The notes below the pieces were generated by a model. The model did not search any database, was not told the DNA's origin, and worked only from the letters and a program-made list of their open reading frames with translations. A DNA stretch of 64,000 nt, taken from NCBI GenBank assembly GCA_944390885.1, contig CALXRP010000006.1, positions 2,216-66,215 of the forward strand, given 5' to 3'. The position numbers and the translations under genes are program-made. Origin of the DNA: an uncultured Alphaproteobacteria bacterium (GTDB taxonomy: Bacteria > Pseudomonadota > Alphaproteobacteria > RF32 > CAG-239). Below, in pieces: positions 1 to 10,569 of this stretch. The first letter of the stretch is position 1. The number at the start of each line of letters is the position of its first letter.

Positions 1-1255
1 CGGCAAAATATCGCAGGAAGAATATAAAAAACTGGTCAATTCGGCAATAGCCTTTTTGGAAGGGCGCAGCACCAAAATCCAAGAAGAACTGTCGCAGAAA
101 ATGCATGAGGCCAGTGAGCGCGAAGATTTTGAAACCGCTATGGTTCTGCGTGACCGCATTCGGGCGCTGACCAATGTTCAAAAGGGCAATCTGGTGGAAT
201 ATGCCGACATCCGTTCGGCGGACTTTGTGGCCGTTGCCCGCAAAAACGGCTTAATCTGCATTCAGGTCTTTTTTATCCGCGGCGGACAGAACTGCGGCAA
301 TGTGCCTTTTTTCCCGCGCCAGGGGGAGGATGCGTCGGATTCGGAAATCCTGGAAGCTTTTCTGGGGAGCTTTTATACCACTCATATTCCGGCGGAAGAA
401 ATCGTCGTTTCGCACAAACTGGAAAATCACGACTTTCTTGAAAGCGCTCTTGAAACCCGGATTAATACTTACGAAAAAGGCAATAAGGCCAAAATTATCA
501 GAATGGTTGCCGAAAACGCCATGGCGTCGTTGGAACGCAAAGTTGCCATGGAAATGTCGGTGATGAATAATTTAAAAGAATTGCAGGAAGTTTTCGGCTT
601 AAAACGGATTCCCCGCCGGATTGAAATTTATGACAACTCGCACAATCAGGGGAGCTATGCCATCGGCGCAATGGTCGTAGCCACGCCGGACGGTTTCGAT
701 AAAAAGCAGTACCGCACGTTTAATATCAAAAATGAAGAAGTCCGGCAGGACGATTTCGGGATGATGAAAGAAGTCTTGTCGCGCCGCTTTGCCAAAATGA
801 CGGACGCCAACCGCCCGGATGTGATTCTGCTGGACGGCGGACTGGGGCAGCTGCATGCCGTGCATGAGATATTAAAAGATTATGACTTGAGCGAGATTGC
901 GATTATTGCCATTTCCAAAGGGCCGGATCGCAACGCCGGCAAAGAATTTTACCATATGCTCGGGCGTGAAAGCTTTGCTTTGCCGTACCGCTCGCCGCTG
1001 GCTTTTTATATGCAGAATTTGCGTGATGAGGCGCACCGTTTTGCCATTGGAACACACCGCAAAAAACGCGCAAAATCAATGTATAAGTCAAGACTGGACG
1101 AGATTGAAGGAGTCGGACAGACCCGCAAGCGCGACCTGCTCAATTATTTTGGTTCGGCGGAAGAAATTTCGCAGGCCGGCATCAAGGATTTGTTAAAAGT
1201 AAACGGGATAAGCAAAAAAACGGCGGAAAAAATATATAATTACTTCCACAATTAA
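1..1255 (+). CDS. uvrC: Excinuclease ABC subunit C, C-terminal ~415 aa (5' end lies outside window)
   Basis: Frame of ORF 56..1255 stays open back to nt 2. It carries UvrC endonuclease-domain motifs (IEIYDNSHNQG, DDFGMMKEVLSRRF, ILLDGGLGQLH) and a C-terminal HhH (LDEIEGVGQTRKRDLL). Confidence 0.85.
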   Translation, partial: GKISQEEYKKLVNSAIAFLEGRSTKIQEELSQKMHEASEREDFETAMVLRDRIRALTNVQKGNLVEYADIRSADFVAVARKNGLICIQVFFIRGGQNCGNVPFFPRQGEDASDSEILEAFLGSFYTTHIPAEEIVVSHKLENHDFLESALETRINTYEKGNKAKIIRMVAENAMASLERKVAMEMSVMNNLKELQEVFGLKRIPRRIEIYDNSHNQGSYAIGAMVVATPDGFDKKQYRTFNIKNEEVRQDDFGMMKEVLSRRFAKMTDANRPDVILLDGGLGQLHAVHEILKDYDLSEIAIIAISKGPDRNAGKEFYHMLGRESFALPYRSPLAFYMQNLRDEAHRFAIGTHRKKRAKSMYKSRLDEIEGVGQTRKRDLLNYFGSAEEISQAGIKDLLKVNGISKKTAEKIYNYFHN

Positions 1256-1315
1256 AAAAACTGCTTTACTATATCGCTAAACGGTTATTTTTTTTTAATT
1301 GTAGAGGAAAAAAAC

Positions 1316-2020
1316 GTGTATAATTTGCCCAATATTCTGACGATATCCCGGATTGTCGTTATTCCGGTTATCTTCCTTTCCATTTATATTAACACTTATG
1401 TCTGGTCGCTGTTTGCGGCAATCTTGTTTATCATTGCCTCAATCACCGATTATTTTGACGGATATTTGGCACGTTCCCGCAACGAAACGTCTGCTTTCGG
1501 CCGGATGTTTGACCCGATTGCCGACAAGCTGCTGGTTGTTTCGGCTCTGCTTATTATCGTCGCCAACGGCCTGGTTGATGAAATCAGCTATATCCCCGTT
1601 GTCATTATCCTCTGCCGCGAGGTTTTGGTCTCCGGCCTGCGTGAGTTTTTGGCCGAAGTCAAAGTCGGAATGCCGGTAACGCGTCTGGCCAAATGGAAGA
1701 CCGGATTTCAAATGACGGCTTTGTCCCTGATTCTGATTGGCGGCTGGTTCCGCCTGCCGGGCGAAATTTTGCTCTGGATTGCCGGCGTCCTGACTTTTAT
1801 TACCGGTTATCAGTATTATGAAAAGGGCATGGATTATGTCCGTAAAGAAGCGCGCGAAAAAACAAAACCCGCTGCCGTAAAAAAGGCCGAAACGCCGAAA
1901 ACCGCCGCTAAAACACCGGCTGCCCGGAGCGCTGCCAAAAAGACCGGCGTCAAAAAATCTCCGGCCAAAAAAGCGGCCAAAGCCAAAAAGCCCGCGGCCA
2001 AAGCCAAAAACAAAAAATAA
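1316..2020 (+). CDS. pgsA: CDP-diacylglycerol--glycerol-3-phosphate 3-phosphatidyltransferase with a ~50-aa Lys/Ala-rich C-terminal tail
   Basis: GTG start after GAGGAAA RBS. CDP-alcohol phosphatidyltransferase signature DGYLAR...G..FDPIADKL and multiple TM segments. Tail reads AVKKAETPKTAAKTPAARSAAKKTGVKKSPAKKAAKAKKPAAKAKNKK. Confidence 0.8.
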   Translation: MYNLPNILTISRIVVIPVIFLSIYINTYVWSLFAAILFIIASITDYFDGYLARSRNETSAFGRMFDPIADKLLVVSALLIIVANGLVDEISYIPVVIILCREVLVSGLREFLAEVKVGMPVTRLAKWKTGFQMTALSLILIGGWFRLPGEILLWIAGVLTFITGYQYYEKGMDYVRKEAREKTKPAAVKKAETPKTAAKTPAARSAAKKTGVKKSPAKKAAKAKKPAAKAKNKK

Positions 2021-2050
2021 AAATAAACCAGGGGACTGCCCGTAACGAAT

Positions 2051-2740
2051 ATGGAAAATGTAAAAGCTCACATACTGGTCGTTGACGACGATAAAAGATT
2101 GCGCTCGCTGTTGCAGCGCTTTCTGCGTGATAGCAGCTTTTATGTTTCAACCGCCAAAGATGCCGAGGAAGCCCGCCTCCAGCTCGGATATTATAAGTTT
2201 GATCTTCTGATTGTCGATATTATGATGCCGAACGAAAGCGGGCTGGAGTTTTTGTCGTCTTTGCGGCAGGAGAGTAATATCCCCGTCATTATGCTGACGG
2301 CAATGGGCGAGACGGCAGACCGCATTGCCGGTCTGGAGCAGGGGGCGGACGATTATCTGGCCAAGCCTTTTGAGCCTCAGGAACTGGTCTTGCGCATAAA
2401 AAGCATTTTGCGCCGCGCACCGGTTGAGAACAAAGAAAATGTTGAAAAGCTGAATTTGGGCTTGTGCGTTTATGATATGGTCAAAAAAGAGCTGGTCGGC
2501 AAACAGGGGCAGATTATTCACATTACGCCGCTGGAACAGTCGATGCTGAGCATTCTGGGGCAGAAGTCCGGACAGATTTTTACCCGGGAAAAACTGGCGG
2601 AAATCTTGGGTGCCGGCCAAAGTCCGCGCTCTATCGACGTTCAGATTACCCGACTGCGTAAAAAAATTGAGAAAGATTCAAAAAATCCGCGGTATTTGCA
2701 AACCGTCCGCGGCAAAGGTTATATGCTGCTGCCCGAATAA
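2051..2740 (+). CDS. ompR: OmpR-family winged-helix response regulator
   Basis: Receiver motifs (ILVVDDD, DLLIVDIMMP, LTAMGE...GADDYLAKPF) and an OmpR-type C-terminal DNA-binding domain. Near-colinear with E. coli OmpR by eye. Confidence 0.75.
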   Translation: MENVKAHILVVDDDKRLRSLLQRFLRDSSFYVSTAKDAEEARLQLGYYKFDLLIVDIMMPNESGLEFLSSLRQESNIPVIMLTAMGETADRIAGLEQGADDYLAKPFEPQELVLRIKSILRRAPVENKENVEKLNLGLCVYDMVKKELVGKQGQIIHITPLEQSMLSILGQKSGQIFTREKLAEILGAGQSPRSIDVQITRLRKKIEKDSKNPRYLQTVRGKGYMLLPE

Positions 2741-2768
2741 GGCGCAGGATTGGAGGAGGAGAAGATAA

Positions 2769-4127
2769 ATGCGTTTGGTATTTCCGGAAAAAGTTGAAAA
2801 TGCTTTACGGTATTTGAAGTTAAAGTTTTTGCCAAAGACATTGTTTTTCAGAACGATGCTTCTGATTTTTATTCCGCTGATTGTGGTGCAGGTTGTTTCC
2901 ATCTTTGTCTTTTTTGACAGCAACTGGTGGCGGGTCGGGCGTCAGCTCTCGCAAAACCTGACGGCGGATATGGCCTATGTTATGGAAATGGTCGAGAAAA
3001 ATCCGGATGAACTTAAAGAAATCAAAGAAACCGCGGCGCGTTTGTTTAATCTGGAACTCAGCGTCTTTGATAAAGACGAAAACTATACCGGTGTTGATAA
3101 CAGTGATGAAACCCGCCGGGTTGTTACCAAATATTTCCGCAAAGCTTTGAACCACCAGTTTTCTAAGGAAAATGTCAGCCTTTACTTGGATCCTAAGTCT
3201 AATGATATGGTGATTGCAATCAAAGGAAAAAATCATATTTACCAATTTGTTGCCAGCGAGAAAAAGATTTTCAGCTCGTCAATGTTCCTCTTTGTCATCT
3301 GGATGGTCATCACGTCTTTGTTGCTGTTCCTGGTTGCTGTGTTGTTCCTGCGGGTTCAGGTACGTTCGATTGCCGAACTCGCACAGGTGGCGGAAGATTT
3401 CGGTAAAGGCATTGATAATAAAACATTCAAACCCTACGGTTCCTCCGAGGTTAGAAAGGCCGCGTTTGCCTTTATCAAAATGAAAGAGCGTATTCAGCGC
3501 CAGATCAGCGAACGGACGCAAATGCTTGCCGGCGTATCTCATGACTTGCGCACGCCGCTGACCCGGATGAAACTGCAGGTTGCCCTGCTGCCGGAAGGCG
3601 AAGACAAAAAAGATTTTCTCTCGGATATTGAGGAAATGGAAAAAATGCTCGACGGTTACCTGTCTTTTGTCAGCGGGGAAGGCGGCGAAAAATCAACCTT
3701 TGTGGATATTAACGAGATGATTTTGAGCATCATTAATAAATTCCGCAACAAAAAGGCTCTGATTCGCTATTCCACCAACGATCAGGTCAGTGCCATCCAG
3801 GGACGTGAGCAGGCATTAAAACGGGCTTTGACCAATGTCATTTCCAATGCTTTCCGCTATGGCAAAACCATTGCCGTCAAACTGGAAAGCAACGATCGCA
3901 AACTGGAGATTTCGATTGATGACGACGGTCCGGGCATCCCGGCCGATAAGAGGGAAGATGTTTTCAAGGCCTTTTACCGGCTTGAGGGTTCCCGCAACAA
4001 AGAAACCGGCGGTGTCGGGCTCGGATTATCAATCGCCAAAGATGTCATTGCCTCCCATGGCGGCACAATTGAACTGGGCGACAGTGAACTGGGCGGTCTG
4101 AAAGTCCATATCAGTATTCCGTTATAA
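2769..4127 (+). CDS. envZ: EnvZ-like sensor histidine kinase
   Basis: Two N-terminal TM segments, an H-box (GVSHDLRTPLTRMKL) and an HATPase_c region (N-box ISNAFRYG, DDDGPGI, GGVGLGLSI). Lies 28 nt downstream of the response regulator. Confidence 0.75.
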   Translation: MRLVFPEKVENALRYLKLKFLPKTLFFRTMLLIFIPLIVVQVVSIFVFFDSNWWRVGRQLSQNLTADMAYVMEMVEKNPDELKEIKETAARLFNLELSVFDKDENYTGVDNSDETRRVVTKYFRKALNHQFSKENVSLYLDPKSNDMVIAIKGKNHIYQFVASEKKIFSSSMFLFVIWMVITSLLLFLVAVLFLRVQVRSIAELAQVAEDFGKGIDNKTFKPYGSSEVRKAAFAFIKMKERIQRQISERTQMLAGVSHDLRTPLTRMKLQVALLPEGEDKKDFLSDIEEMEKMLDGYLSFVSGEGGEKSTFVDINEMILSIINKFRNKKALIRYSTNDQVSAIQGREQALKRALTNVISNAFRYGKTIAVKLESNDRKLEISIDDDGPGIPADKREDVFKAFYRLEGSRNKETGGVGLGLSIAKDVIASHGGTIELGDSELGGLKVHISIPL

Positions 4128-4143
4128 AGAAAGTTTTTGAACC

Positions 4144-5382
4144 ATGGCCGATTCGGAAAATATCACAAACGCAGAAGACCTGCCTGAGCTGCCGGAAATT
4201 TCGGACGATTCGTTGTCTTTATCAGATACTGATTTAGACAAGCTGGATTTATCCGATATTTCAGATGACGGCATGGAAGGTTTTCCGAGTTTTCTGACGG
4301 ACAAGAAAGACGATGACACCGATATTGTCTTTGATGACGCTAATAATCCGGATCTCGGATTAGATGACATTAATATCGACGAACCGGCGGTTCAAATACC
4401 GGAAACGCCGGAAGAAGCGGAAATAGAATTGGAAACGGAAACGCCTGGAATCAATTTAGATGACGTTGCAGCAGATACATCGAATTTGCCGTCGGATGAT
4501 TGGACGGAAGAAACAGAGTCTCCCGTAAATCCGGACGAGTTCTTGGATACGCCGCTGCCGGAAAGTGCCATTGAAGAAGCGGGAGAATGGCCGGATGCCG
4601 AAACACCTTTGCAGGAAGCCGAGGAAGAGATCGCCGAAAACTCGGAAAACAAAGAGGAAGAGACGGCTGTTCAGGAGGTTGAAATAGAGGAAACGCCGGT
4701 TGATGAAGAAAGTATTCTTTCCGAAGAACCGGGTGAGGCAGATTTGACACCGGTCGCCGAAGAATATTCCGAAATCCCCGAGCCGGAAGAAAATGCAGAT
4801 AAAACATCGGAAGAACCTGAAGAGGAGATTATTTTAGAAACGGAAAATGATTCCTCCCCCGAAGCAGAAGCGGAAGAAAATTATAGTGATGAAGAAATAG
4901 CCAGAGAACTGGGGGATGAAGAAGTTTCCGTACCGGAAGAAAATGCCGTGCAAACAGAAATTCTGGCGCCGGAAATGCCAATTATGCAAGAAGAGGTTTC
5001 TGAAAGTCGCTATCCGGAACATCCGATACTTTCTGAGAAAGAATTAAACCGCTTTTTAAAATGGTATTCCGGCAAATCGGATAATGATTATATTGAATTT
5101 TCTACCGAATATGAAAGCGGAGAAATTGAAGGAACGGAAGAGTGTAAGGCATTGAATGTCAAAGTCGGCAATTCTTATTACGGATGGAATGTCAAGTTTG
5201 ATAATGGTTTGACAATGAGTTTGAGGGATGTTCGCGATTACCAGCTGTATTACGGAAAACTCCCCGATTCAGGCGGTATAATCAGCTTTGGAGAATTAAC
5301 GCTGACATTTAAAAATATCGAGCGCATAGTCAGTTATGAAAGCCCGGAGTATTACAGTTACGGTATTGCCGTTTATGAATAA
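4144..5382 (+). CDS. Extremely acidic (Asp/Glu-rich) protein with a ~130-aa C-terminal globular domain, unknown function
   Basis: 412-aa ORF starting 16 nt after envZ stop. The first ~280 aa are low-complexity D/E/S/P-rich. The C-terminus (YPEHPILSEKELNRFLKWYSG...) is non-repetitive. Confidence 0.6.
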   Translation: MADSENITNAEDLPELPEISDDSLSLSDTDLDKLDLSDISDDGMEGFPSFLTDKKDDDTDIVFDDANNPDLGLDDINIDEPAVQIPETPEEAEIELETETPGINLDDVAADTSNLPSDDWTEETESPVNPDEFLDTPLPESAIEEAGEWPDAETPLQEAEEEIAENSENKEEETAVQEVEIEETPVDEESILSEEPGEADLTPVAEEYSEIPEPEENADKTSEEPEEEIILETENDSSPEAEAEENYSDEEIARELGDEEVSVPEENAVQTEILAPEMPIMQEEVSESRYPEHPILSEKELNRFLKWYSGKSDNDYIEFSTEYESGEIEGTEECKALNVKVGNSYYGWNVKFDNGLTMSLRDVRDYQLYYGKLPDSGGIISFGELTLTFKNIERIVSYESPEYYSYGIAVYE

Positions 5383-5384
5383 AA

Positions 5385-5426
5385 CAAAAAAATCCCGGAA
5401 ATAAATTCCGGGAATAAAAAATTTTT
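5385..5426. terminator. Bidirectional rho-independent terminator between convergent genes
   Basis: Stem ATCCCGGAA / TTCCGGGAA with a 5-nt loop, flanked by an A-run on the left and a T-rich stretch on the right. Confidence 0.5.
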
Positions 5427-5443
5427 GATTATTTTTCTGTATT

Positions 5444-7039
5444 TTAATAACAAGTGTATGAACTTTTGAATTTATCATAAGTCATATTTGTTGGGCAGCG
5501 ATTTTCAGATTCCGGTGAGCTTTTAGCATCATCGCACCAATCTTGGCGGCTCCAACAAGTTCTAGAGATATGGGTTACAATTTCTCCGTCATATGTATCT
5601 TTATATGTACATTTCAAGAAACACCAATTGTTATTCCATACCGTTGTTATTGACTGGCGTTTAAAATATCCGCAATCGTAAGAGTGTTTGAACGAACTCA
5701 TGGAAGAAGGACAACGGCCACTTGAATTCGGCGAAGATTTTGCAGAGTCACACCAATCTTGACGGCTCCAGCAATCTCTAGAAATGTGATATTTGCCTCC
5801 TGTATAATTGCATTTTAAGAAACAAGCACCATGATCCCATACCGTACTAATGCTTGTTCTGCTGTAACTGGAACCACCGCCTCCAGATCCTCCGGTGTTG
5901 TTTGTGTTTTTAGTACATTTATAACAAGTACCAGAAGTTACACCGCAAGAACAGCTTCTTGATGTAGTTCCAGATGTTGTATATCCTGATCCACAAGAGC
6001 TGGACTGATAACCTGACGGACAAGAATAGCTATGGCTGTGTGTTTTACAGCTTATGCATTTGTTACAGGAGTTGGTAGAAGCACAGCCGTAAGTACATGA
6101 TTTAGATGTTACGGAGCAATCAGTGTTGTATTGACACTCATAACAGCTATTTCCGCATTCGGTTGTTGATACACGGACTTTTTTATAAGTTGAAGAACAG
6201 GATACTGATTTTTCTCCCGTTCGACAGGTATCATTACATTTATAACAGCTTTGTCCGCCGTTACATTCGGTCGTTCCGGCATAAGATCCGGTATAAGAAG
6301 TGCTTGAACCGGATGGACAAGTTTTACATCTGTTACATCTTGACCCGCATTCGGTTGTTGTGGAATATGATCCGGTGTAATTTTTAGAAGTACCGGACGG
6401 ACAGGTGTCATCACAGCAACGGTAACAAGTATATCCGCAGGTATCCGTTCCGGATGATCCACGAGAAGAATCACAAGTTACTTTATAATCGGTCGGACAA
6501 CCGGCAGAAGGCGAAGCGGTGCAGCATTTACCGTAAGAGCTATCCCACGGACAGCGGTTTGTCGATTTATACAACCGTCCCGGAGAACAGGAGTTGACAT
6601 AGCCTTGTTCACGGCAGGCTCTCGGCCGGTCTTCTTTACATTGTTTGTAATAAGGTTTGCCGTTCGGACATTGTCCGTCTACGAAGGACGGCAGAGAACA
6701 GGTCTGAGTATTATACCCGTTATTCTTACACCAGGTAACGGCGTCACATTTCAAGTAATGATCATCACGGGAACAAGTACCAACTTTAGCCTGATATTGC
6801 GGACATTCGCCGGAAGAATAATAGGTATAACCTTTCTCTTCGCAATACTCGGTATCAGAGTTGATGTTCATGTTAATATCACCCTGAACAACATCTTCAT
6901 CCATACAGTCGGGCAGAAAGCAAACACCTGCCGAAGCATTGGAAGGCGGGAGGAAGACGGCGAAAGCAGCGGCAACGGCAAAGGTTGACACCGCAGAGTT
7001 AAGTTTCATGTGTAGCATATTTCTGTTAATGTTTTTCAT
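5444..7039 (-). CDS. Secreted cysteine-rich repeat protein (~58 Cys, ~11%), unknown function
   Basis: Signal peptide MKLNSAVSTFAVAAAFAVFLPPSNASA. Internal repeats include CPSG(T/S)S..YTGSY..TTEC and a duplicated C-terminal ~65-aa module (..CFLKC..ISR.CWSRQDWCD.AKSSP..). Confidence 0.6.
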   Translation of the reverse strand: MKNINRNMLHMKLNSAVSTFAVAAAFAVFLPPSNASAGVCFLPDCMDEDVVQGDINMNINSDTEYCEEKGYTYYSSGECPQYQAKVGTCSRDDHYLKCDAVTWCKNNGYNTQTCSLPSFVDGQCPNGKPYYKQCKEDRPRACREQGYVNSCSPGRLYKSTNRCPWDSSYGKCCTASPSAGCPTDYKVTCDSSRGSSGTDTCGYTCYRCCDDTCPSGTSKNYTGSYSTTTECGSRCNRCKTCPSGSSTSYTGSYAGTTECNGGQSCYKCNDTCRTGEKSVSCSSTYKKVRVSTTECGNSCYECQYNTDCSVTSKSCTYGCASTNSCNKCISCKTHSHSYSCPSGYQSSSCGSGYTTSGTTSRSCSCGVTSGTCYKCTKNTNNTGGSGGGGSSYSRTSISTVWDHGACFLKCNYTGGKYHISRDCWSRQDWCDSAKSSPNSSGRCPSSMSSFKHSYDCGYFKRQSITTVWNNNWCFLKCTYKDTYDGEIVTHISRTCWSRQDWCDDAKSSPESENRCPTNMTYDKFKSSYTCY

Positions 7040-7089
7040 CGGCTTCCTCCCTTATAAAAATTCTTTTCTTTTGTCGTCCTTTTTCCTTT

Positions 7090-7464
7090 GTCATTGCCGG
7101 GCACTTTATTTTTTATGTCATCCCAGGGCTTGTTTCTTTCTAGTCATTGCGGGGCGCTTTATTTTTTTAGTCATTGCGGGGCGCTTTATTTTTTTAGTCA
7201 TTGCCGGGCTCTTTTTTTCTTTCGTCATCCCCGGGCTTGACCCGGGGATCCAAATCAAATAAATCAGCTTTATTGTTATTCTGGATCCCCGGGTCAAGCC
7301 CGGGGATGACAGAAAAATAATGTGCCGAGAATAACAAATACTTCAAAGCACTTTGTCATTCACAAATCCAGTTAGAGCAACGCGGTCTCTTGAGCACAGT
7401 ATATTCAACTCGCCGCGCACCTGCCGAGCAGGTGGATCCCCGGGTCGCAGCCCGGGGATGACAA
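7090..7464. repeat. Cluster A of the palindromic MITE/REP-like repeat family
   Basis: Half-sites GTCATTGCCGGGC + T-rich, including 2 exact 30-nt direct copies (7141..7200). Hairpin unit GTCATCCCCGGGCTTGACCCGGGGATCC at 7224..7251 and its exact reverse complement at 7284..7310 give an 87-nt near-perfect palindrome. Conserved core (..GAGCAACGCGGTCTC..CGCCGCGC..) at ~7370..7432, then a terminal inverted unit at 7433..7464. Confidence 0.85.
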
Positions 7465-7611
7465 GTAAAATACAAGCTGCCCAAGGACAACCAGTAAAAA
7501 ACAAGCAGCCCGAAAACGGCCGGTCGTCCGAGAACGACAATATAGATACTATAGCATAAGAAAAGGCACATGTCAAGCATGTCTGAAAAATGGGATAGGG
7601 ATTTTGGCAAA

Positions 7612-7648
7612 AGAAAACAAAAAAATCCTATACCGAGAGGTATAGGAT
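7612..7648 (-). terminator. Rho-independent terminator downstream of rsfS
   Basis: Stem ATCCTATACC / GGTATAGGAT with loop GAGAG, followed on the minus strand by a T-run. Confidence 0.6.
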
Positions 7649-7674
7649 GAAAGTAAAGTTTAGATGTATAAAAG

Positions 7675-8046
7675 TTATTTTGCTGCCCGGACTTCGGCAA
7701 CCGAACTCCACATCTTTTCCAGATTATAAAAATCACGAACTTCCGGTCTGAAAATATGTACAATCACATCAAAAGCATCAATCAGCACCCAATCGGCTTT
7801 TTCCTCACCTTCGGAAGTTGAAGAAAAACCGGATTCCTTAAGTTTCATCTGCACATGTTCTGCCAGAGAGGCCACATGGCGTTGGGAGGTTCCGCTGGCT
7901 ATGACCATATAGCTGGCAATAGAGGTTTTTCCTTTCAAATCGATTGTAACAACATCGTCAGCCTTATTGTCTTCCAATGTATCAACGACAATTTTCAATA
8001 TTTGCTCGTCAGCATTTTCAATATTGGAATTTGTTTTTTTCTTCAC
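7675..8046 (-). CDS. rsfS: Ribosomal silencing factor RsfS (iojap family)
   Basis: 123 aa with the typical ..DDVVTIDLKGKTSIASYMVIASGTSQRHVASLAEHV.. core. Confidence 0.8.
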   Translation of the reverse strand: MKKKTNSNIENADEQILKIVVDTLEDNKADDVVTIDLKGKTSIASYMVIASGTSQRHVASLAEHVQMKLKESGFSSTSEGEEKADWVLIDAFDVIVHIFRPEVRDFYNLEKMWSSVAEVRAAK

Positions 8047-8061
8047 TAATAAACTCCTTGG

Positions 8062-9129
<1,068 letters not shown>

Positions 9130-9225
9130 TTAAAGGTTTTTGTTGTTATTAAGATAACGCCTGATTTTATAAAAGTAAAGGGGATGTCATTGCACCCCCT
9201 CCGCCTTTTGATATCTTCGTAAAGC

Positions 9226-9480
9226 TTATTCGGTAACTACGGAAACATAAGTTCTGTCGTTGGCTTTTTTCGAAAATTCAACCTTGCCGGATGCAACGGC
9301 AAAAATGGTATGGTCTTTACCCATTCCGACATTGGCGCCCGGATGATACTGAGTGCCGCGTTGACGGACAATAATGTTCCCCGGCATAACGCTTTCGCCG
9401 CCGAACTTCTTAACGCCCAAACGACGTCCTTCAGAGTCGCGTCCGTTATTGGAACTACCGCCAGACTTTTTATGTGCCAT
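9226..9480 (-). CDS. rpmA: 50S ribosomal protein L27
   Basis: [24 protein letters not shown]-terminus is diagnostic. Confidence 0.9.
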   Translation of the reverse strand: MAHKKSGGSSNNGRDSEGRRLGVKKFGGESVMPGNIIVRQRGTQYHPGANVGMGKDHTIFAVASGKVEFSKKANDRTYVSVVTE

Positions 9481-9503
9481 GATTAATTCTCCTTAAAATA
9501 CTC

Positions 9504-9815
9504 TTATTTGCCACAAATATCGGTAATTTTAACCAAAGTGATATCTTGTCTGTGGCCGTTCTTGCGACGATAATTTTGTCTTCTTTTCTTTTTGAAAACA
9601 ATAATTTTAGCATCTCTGGCTTGTTTGAGAACGGTAGCCTTAACACTGGCGCCGGCAATCATCGGAGTGCCGTAAGTGTCATCCAGAGCCAAAACTTCGT
9701 TAAAAACGACTTCAGAACCTTCATCGCCGGCAATTTTCTCAATTTTCAATACATCGCCGGATGCAACTTTATATTGTTTTCCGCCTGTTTTAATTACTGC
9801 GTACATTTTTTTCAC
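9504..9815 (-). CDS. rplU: 50S ribosomal protein L21
   Basis: [16 protein letters not shown]...EK; located immediately upstream of rpmA. Confidence 0.9.
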   Translation of the reverse strand: MKKMYAVIKTGGKQYKVASGDVLKIEKIAGDEGSEVVFNEVLALDDTYGTPMIAGASVKATVLKQARDAKIIVFKKKRRQNYRRKNGHRQDITLVKITDICGK

Positions 9816-9896
9816 CTTATCATTTTAAAATAAAACGTTGATTGCAATATACATAACTTTTTTCTGCTGTCAACAGAAATCTCAAGAAAATCTCAC

Positions 9897-10496
9897 TTAT
9901 TTCTGATTCTTTTTCTGTTTTTTCAGGATTCGGTAAAATTCCGGCTTTAGAAAGCGCCCCTGCCAAATGCCTTTTTTGAGGCGGCGGGCAGATTTTTCAG
10001 CGTCGTCAAATTCGTGCGTATAGCGCTTGTAGGCCACGGCCTGGCCTTGTGCAACCATTTCCCGGTTGATGTTAAGCTTGCCGTTATGGCAAATGGCCAC
10101 AACACGGCGGTATTTATCACGGGTGATTTTTTCGCACCGGATATTGGAAGAAACCAATTTTTCCAAAGCTTTTTTAGCTTTTTTGCCGCAAGGGTAGGGG
10201 TTATCTTCGGCATCATAACATTCCTGAAAATATTCCGGTGCGTCAATCCCCTCAAGACGAATTTCGGTTTTGCCGATAAAAAAACTGTCGCCGTCAATGA
10301 CTTTTAGGGGCTTGCCGCCTGCCTTGATAATTTTTTTTGGTGTTTCATGAATAATGCCGCCGAAAACTGCCGCTCCGACATCGGATCCGGAAGCAATACC
10401 AAAGAAAAAAGCCAACAGCACGGCATTATAGTGGATAAAATGTTTCATAAGTCGAAAAATAGCGCGCAAACTTAAATTTTTGTTTAATAACCTCAA
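9897..10496 (-). CDS. Secreted thermonuclease (staphylococcal nuclease-like, SNase fold)
   Basis: N-terminal hydrophobic signal sequence. SNase signature VIDGDSF..GK.EIRLEGIDAPE and a second TNase motif (RYGR/GL-like region). Real start may be the internal Met (MKHFIHY..). Confidence 0.7.
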   Translation of the reverse strand: MRLLNKNLSLRAIFRLMKHFIHYNAVLLAFFFGIASGSDVGAAVFGGIIHETPKKIIKAGGKPLKVIDGDSFFIGKTEIRLEGIDAPEYFQECYDAEDNPYPCGKKAKKALEKLVSSNIRCEKITRDKYRRVVAICHNGKLNINREMVAQGQAVAYKRYTHEFDDAEKSARRLKKGIWQGRFLKPEFYRILKKQKKNQK

Positions 10497-10569
10497 AAAA
10501 TGTTTTGGTATTTGAAAATGTTTGTCATAAGATACAACAAAAGTTATTATTTAAAAGGTAAGTAAAGAC

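Noticed and set aside
1439-2071. 210-aa minus-strand ORF antisense to pgsA
   Set aside because: Its Gly/Phe/Arg-rich translation is the mirror of the Lys/Ala-rich pgsA tail. pgsA has clear catalytic motifs.
6939-7262. 107-aa ORF containing FLVIAGRFIF x3
   Set aside because: The peptide repeats are translations of the 30-nt direct half-site repeats in cluster A. The ORF overlaps the Cys-rich gene start antisense.
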